Shown here: one piece after another, positions 35,021 to 37,192 of the stretch | Position numbering within the stretch: the first letter of the stretch is position 1 | Layout: the number at the start of each line of letters is the position of its first letter | Origin: an uncultured archaeon | GTDB lineage: Archaea > Aenigmatarchaeota > Aenigmatarchaeia > CG10238-14 > SCSR01 | Assembly (NCBI GenBank): GCA_964423085.1 | Contig: CAYRDB010000004.1 | Coordinates: forward strand, 1 to 37,192 | DNA length: 37,192 nucleotides | Direction of reading: 5' to 3' | Made by a program: the position numbers and the translations under genes | Notes under the pieces: generated by a model | Told to the model about the DNA's origin: nothing | The model's input: only the letters and a program-made list of their open reading frames with translations | Database searches by the model: none

Positions 35021-35057
35021 TTTTTCACCCGAGCGATTCTAGGTTTAGATTTGATTC

Positions 35058-35438
35058 CTATAATCTTATTATTCTACCTCTAAAGTTGATTAAAAGATTT
35101 GATTTGTGCCAAACCTTAAATACTATGATAGATGACCCGAAAAAGTCGAGAAAAATATCAAGAGTGCTGAAATCCCTACCTGGAACGTAAATCTGATGTA
35201 TCTCGTCAAATACCCCATATAGAGTAGAAAGAATTATCGCGATAGCCACTGCAAAAATAACCCCCTTTTTTTCAAGTGTCCTGAAAATAAGATAGCTTAG
35301 AATGAAAAACATTGGTATATGTAACAAGCTCATGTCATTCCCTTCAACGCCTGGAACATCGCCTCCTGGTATTGAAGAAACCGAGAATATGGCAATTGCG
35401 TATAATACACACAACAATGCCGGAATGTGCCCTTTCAT
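35058..35438 (-). CDS. VanZ-like membrane protein
   Basis: LLHIPMF, YGVFDEIHQIYVPGRDFSTLDIFLD. Confidence 0.88.
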   Translation of the reverse strand: MKGHIPALLCVLYAIAIFSVSSIPGGDVPGVEGNDMSLLHIPMFFILSYLIFRTLEKKGVIFAVAIAIILSTLYGVFDEIHQIYVPGRDFSTLDIFLDFFGSSIIVFKVWHKSNLLINFRGRIIRL

Positions 35439-36607
35439 TTTCTCCCACTTTTATCCAGGTGTTCGAGCTCTTCTTTGTAGATGTTCACAACGGCGTCCCA
35501 ACTGAAATACCTAAGAGCGACATCCCTGGCGTTCTTCGCAAGATGTGAATACTTTTCAGGATGCTTCAAAACGTCGACTATCTTTGATGATATTTCTTTC
35601 TGGTCAGGAGCATCTATGCAAATCCACGTGTCAACCCCCCACTCTTTTCTGGGCCTGGCCGAGTTGATAATAAGCGAACCGCACGCCATGCTCTCGCAGT
35701 GGGTCAGGCTCATCAAATCCCTATTATCGAAGGACCTTATGTCGCTGAAAACAAGGCAGTCGGAGAGATTCATGTAATATGGTGTTCTTTCGTGCTCAAC
35801 AGAGCCGACGAATTCAACTCTTTCTGATATACCTAGTTTGTCTGCAAGTTCTTTCATATCTGGCATCAGTGGACCGTCGCCAACTAAGACTGCTCTTGAT
35901 TCAGGAACTTGTTTGAAAACTGCTGGCAATGATTTTATGAAAATATCAACACCTTTCATAGGATCAAAACGACCTATGTATCCAACCACCTTCCCGCTTC
36001 CTTTTTCAGCATTGTCTGGCTTGAACATGTCGCAATCCACGCACTGATAGTGCTTCTTTATTCTAGCTTTAACCCTCTCTTTTTGCAACATCTCGTATGC
36101 ATGGGTGCCGTCGTCGACCACTATGAAACTGTCGAATTTAGAACCGACTATAAGTGTCTTGCTTAGAAAATCAAAAAGGTTTGATACAGGGACTGGGTGA
36201 AGTTTTTTGTAGTATCCTATGAATGTGCCCAAAAATGTCATGACAAAAGGCTTTTTCACTCTGAATATGTTTCTAAGTGTCCATGCCACTATTTTTGCAG
36301 ACATTCCCGAATGGAAGTGGAAGATATCGCATTCATCCCTCATGGAATAGCACTTTCGTACGGCATCGAAAATGAACTTGAACCTGTTTGGCGAAAAAGA
36401 AAACCCGGCTTTAGTGTACTTTGGCACATTTAAACGCATGACAGAAACGTTCTCGTTATTTTCGTCGACATAGTCTTCGTCTGAAGGCCCTGTCAGAACC
36501 AAAGTCTTTATGCCATGTTTCGCCAGCCTTCTTGGAAGTTCGTACGCGTATATAGAACCTCCGCCGGTTTCCGGGGGATATCCCTCTGCGACAGTTATAA
36601 CCTTCAT
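35435..36607 (-). CDS. Glycosyltransferase family 4 (GT-B)
   Basis: YPPETGG, YIGRFDPMKG, VGDGP, ESMACG. Confidence 0.9.
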   Translation of the reverse strand: MKVITVAEGYPPETGGGSIYAYELPRRLAKHGIKTLVLTGPSDEDYVDENNENVSVMRLNVPKYTKAGFSFSPNRFKFIFDAVRKCYSMRDECDIFHFHSGMSAKIVAWTLRNIFRVKKPFVMTFLGTFIGYYKKLHPVPVSNLFDFLSKTLIVGSKFDSFIVVDDGTHAYEMLQKERVKARIKKHYQCVDCDMFKPDNAEKGSGKVVGYIGRFDPMKGVDIFIKSLPAVFKQVPESRAVLVGDGPLMPDMKELADKLGISERVEFVGSVEHERTPYYMNLSDCLVFSDIRSFDNRDLMSLTHCESMACGSLIINSARPRKEWGVDTWICIDAPDQKEISSKIVDVLKHPEKYSHLAKNARDVALRYFSWDAVVNIYKEELEHLDKSGRK

Positions 36608-36675
36608 ATTACCGCTATTCCTGATACGAATTTGTAGGTTTAATTTTTAACTCTTGATGGGCTCTATAGATATAT

Positions 36676-37192
36676 ATGAGGCCTAAAATATCCGTTGTCA
36701 TAGCCTGCTACAACGAGGAGGAAAGGATTGGAAAATGCCTGGAAAGCCTTCTTGAACAGAGCGCCTTGCCTCATGAAATAATAGTAGTCGACGGCGGATC
36801 TAAGGACGGCACTGTGGGAGTTGTTGAGAGTTTTATTGAAAAGGATAGCAGAATTTCTATGCTGAAAGAGACGGGCAACGACAGGAGCCCCGCCAACGCG
36901 AGAAACATAGGCTGGAAAGCGGCCAGTGGTGACTACATACTGTTTTTAGACGCAGATGGAAAGTTCGAGAAGGACTTTATAGACATTGTCGAAGACTCCA
37001 TACTTGGAAAGGACACTGATAAGAGGCTGGAGCTGAGGCACTCTGTGATAGACTCGTGGAAAGAGGTTTTTTCAAAGTACTTCTGGTATGGAAGGACCAT
37101 GATGAAATACTGGGTTAAAAACAAGTCCGATATCCAGGTTTTAGCAAGGGCTGTTTTGTCAATAGGAATTATAATTCTCCCGTTTCTATGCT
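36676..37192 (+). CDS. Glycosyltransferase family 2, truncated by the window end (not in ORF track)
   Basis: Own translation: MRPKISVVIACYNEEERIGKCLESL...IIVVDGGSKDGT...ARNIGWKAASGDYILFLDAD. Confidence 0.92.
   Translation, partial: MRPKISVVIACYNEEERIGKCLESLLEQSALPHEIIVVDGGSKDGTVGVVESFIEKDSRISMLKETGNDRSPANARNIGWKAASGDYILFLDADGKFEKDFIDIVEDSILGKDTDKRLELRHSVIDSWKEVFSKYFWYGRTMMKYWVKNKSDIQVLARAVLSIGIIILPFLC

Overview
Gene-dense archaeal chromosome segment in the standard genetic code. A DPANN affiliation (possibly Aenigmarchaeota-like) is inferred from gene content and compactness, not proven. There are three blocks. (1) 0.8-11.2 kb is a type IV pilus-like locus: an ATPase with a Cys-containing N-terminal extension, a double-domain TadC/ArlJ-like platform protein, four class III signal peptide (pilin-like) proteins and a PDZ site-2 protease. 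One pilin-like gene (47 aa) is missed by the ORF track, and two are Cys-rich paralogues. The locus is divergently transcribed from two coiled-coil and two paralogous membrane protein genes. An exact 191-bp tandem duplication copies the 3' end of the last pilin-like gene. (2) 11.2-19 kb is housekeeping: rps3ae, GAN/RecJ-like DHH nuclease, rps15, Bud32, an unannotated zinc-ribbon microprotein, an APC permease, radA, RPA, a histone and a GNAT. (3) 19-37.2 kb is an N-glycosylation/surface-glycan cluster: aglB, an AglB-like GT-C lacking WWD, an AglH/GPT-like GlcNAc-1-P transferase, CDP- and dTDP-sugar enzymes in a partly AT-rich cassette, a flippase, an HpnJ-like B12 radical SAM, VanZ and several GT2/GT4 enzymes. 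No rRNA, tRNA, CRISPR array, transposase or integrase was recognised. All family calls come from motif recognition by eye; no database searches were run.
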